64,000 bases of DNA from Leucoraja erinacea (Eukaryota): the NCBI RefSeq assembly GCF_028641065.1, contig NC_073389.1, forward strand, positions 28,210,001 through 28,274,000, in the 5' to 3' direction. Every line of letters begins with the position of its first letter. Within the stretch, counting starts at the first letter, position 1. Positions 61,770-64,000 of the stretch are shown in pieces. Made by a program: the position numbers and the translations under genes. Under the pieces are notes generated by a model. That model did no database searches. It saw only the letters and a list, made by a program, of their open reading frames with translations, and was not told the DNA's origin.

Positions 61770-63300
61770 AGGGCACGGGCATGCTTCTCCTGCAGGATGC
61801 ATGGGAGACTCCCAATGTCTCTGACGACTACACCAGCGGGCGTTCAGCTGCAGCACCTGACTGACCACATGTGGGGAACTGGAGCCGTGGCTGGACGATC
61901 TCAGGATTGTCCGGGTGAATGAGAGCATCACAGATAGGGATTATAGTGAGGTGGTCACAGCTTAGATACAGGGAGAAAGTGGAAGGGATATCACGAGGAA
62001 AGAGAGTAAGTGGAGAGTGCAGGAATCCCCTGCGGCCATTCCCCAAGAAAACAAATATACCCTTTGGATAATGTTGGGACAAATGACCGTTCAGAGGAGA
62101 GTAGCAGCAGTCAGGTCTGTGACATCAGGTATGGCTCTGCAGTCAGAGAGGGCTACTGCAATAAGGGATGCTTTAGTTTGGGGATCAGGCGGGAGATTCT
62201 GTGGCAGCAAAAGGGACTCGAGATCGGTGCGTGTTCCCCTGGAGTCGGAGTCCAGGATGTCTTGGAGCAGCTGCATAACATTCTCAAGGGGGAGGCTGAG
62301 CAGCCCAAAATATCATTGTGCATATTGGCACAAATAACATAAGGAGGCAAAGGGTTGAGGTCCTGTAGAGTGAAACATAGGGAGTTAGGCAAAAGGTAAA
62401 AAAGCACAATAGTATTCTCTGTATTGCTCCTGGTTCCACGGGAGCTTAGGAATGGGAAGATAGGAACGACAAATGCATGGCTGAGGAGCTGGTGCAGGGG
62501 TCAGGGATTCAGAATTTCTGACTATTGAAATCACTACAGGGACTGAGGTGACCTGTACAAGAGGACATGTCACACCTGAACTGGAGGAGGAGGACCAATA
62601 TCCTGCTAGGTAGGTTTGCAGTGCTACTCGGGAGGGTTTAAGCTGGAGAAGTATGAGGATGGGATCCAGTGCAGTAGCAAGGCTGGTGGGAGGCTATGTC
62701 AGTGCAGAAATCATTGACAGCAAATTCAGTCAACGGGAGAGATGGGAACATGACAGGAGTGAAGAAAGCCGGTTGGATTCAATTGCATTTGTTTCAATGC
62801 TACTGGCCTGGGTGGATGAACCCACGCCGTGGATAGGGACATGCGAATGGGACGTTATAAACACTATAGAAATGTAGCTCAAGGGCTGGCAGCTTAATGT
62901 TCCAGGGTAGAGGTGCTGCAGGCAAGATAGAGCTGGGGGTGAAAGAGGAGGGGGAATTGCTTTATTGATTAAGAATATCATGGCAGAGGTATGAGAGGAT
63001 CATTGAATCATTGAATTGAAGAAATCGCAGGAGTTATACATTGGGAAGATGCTGGAAGATTGCTGTTTCTTCTTTGCCATGTTATCTACCAATGATGTCA
63101 CTTTCAGGGAACAATGTACTTGTACCCCCATATCCTTCTCCCCAGGATCCTACCATTCAGTGAAAAGGTCCTGCGTCACAGGTGGAAAGCGTAGTATTTT
63201 CAGTGGCTAATGTTGTGCTTCTATTTAAGAAGTGGTAGGAAAGATACTGGAGAGGTTCTGAGGGATAAGATATACATTTATTTGGAAAGACCGTATGATT
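61770..63300 (+). mobile_element. Degraded CR1 5' region (ORF1 zinc-knuckle/esterase remnant and start of ORF2 endonuclease)
   Basis: CFSCRM..., LQLLTDH-like and RRFCG..RDSR..C.PG-like stretches, WQLNVPG*RC..., and GGGIALLIK. Confidence 0.6.
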
Positions 63301-63319
63301 AAAGACAGTCAGATGACTG

Positions 63320-64000
63320 CATTGGAGCTGCTTCCTGCACCCATGCAGAACTCGTTGATTCATTAACTTCACCAAATGTAACTTTTTCCGTCTCCGCCGC
63401 ATCTGCTCCCAAGATGAGGCTTTCCATTCAAGGACATCTGAAATGTTCTCATTCTTCAGTGAATATGTTTCTCCCTGGTTTTCATGGATGGATACTTGCC
63501 TCTACTCTTTATCCTGTAGTATTATGCTCTTACTCCCCCTCCCCCCAGCCACAACAAGAATAGAGGTTCCCATGGTCCTTACTTTTGACCCCACCAGCCA
63601 CCGCATCCAACACATCATCCTCCGGCATTTCCAACAACTCCAGCGTCATCCTACCACAAGTCACATCTTCCCATCTCCACACCTTTCCACCTTCCACAGA
63701 GATTGCTCCCTCTGCAACTCCCTGGTTCACTCATCCCTTCCCACCCAAACCACCCCCTCCCCAAGTACTTTCCCCTTCAACCGCAGGAGATGTAACGCCT
63801 GTCCCTAAACCTCCTCCCATGCCTCCATGCAGGAATGCCAGCAGTCCTTCCAGGTGAGATAGAGATTCACATACACCTCCTCTCTAACCTCATCTGCTAC
63901 ATCCTGTGGCCTCCTGTACACCAGCGAGATCAAGAGTAGACTTTGCCAAACACTTGCACTTTGTCTGTCAAGGCCTCCCAGTTCCTAACCATTTAAATTC
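63320..64000 (+). mobile_element. Penelope-like retroelement fragment
   Basis: VPMVLTFDPTSHRIQHIILRHFQQLQRHPTTSHIFPSP...NRRRCNACP, homologous to 6710-7100. Confidence 0.75.

Overview
This is eukaryotic, repeat-rich vertebrate DNA, most likely from an elasmobranch (skate/ray-like). That inference rests on shark/ray-type tRNA-derived V-SINEs, CR1 LINEs, Penelope-like elements and an intact ATP4B. I reconstructed four protein-coding genes by hand from GT-AG splice sites. MTRF1 is on the minus strand, with 6 coding exons at 12360..1061, and its 3' end lies outside the window. A complete two-exon Vg1/GDF1/3-type TGF-beta gene is at 28078..29583 (+, 360 aa). A complete 7-exon gastric H+/K+-ATPase beta gene, ATP4B, is at 39206..48452 (+, 287 aa). 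The first coding exon of rhodopsin kinase GRK1 is at 53896..54600 (+). The rest is mostly transposon-derived: CR1, Rex1, RTE and Tx1 LINE pieces, SINEs, a decayed Tc1, non-autonomous Helitrons and Penelope-like pieces. The most notable signals are: (1) tiny 21-38 bp CAAAGATC...GATCTTTG palindromes with 8-bp target-site duplications, clustered at promoters and matching the ends of a 399-bp MITE, which fits P-element-type excision footprints; (2) many minimal hammerhead-ribozyme motifs in Penelope-derived repeats; (3) a Vg1-like gene with no CERS1 upstream; (4) inverted Helitrons bracketing an MTRF1 exon; (5) a possible unannotated minus-strand transcript starting near 36.4 kb. All calls are by eye, and repeat boundaries are approximate.
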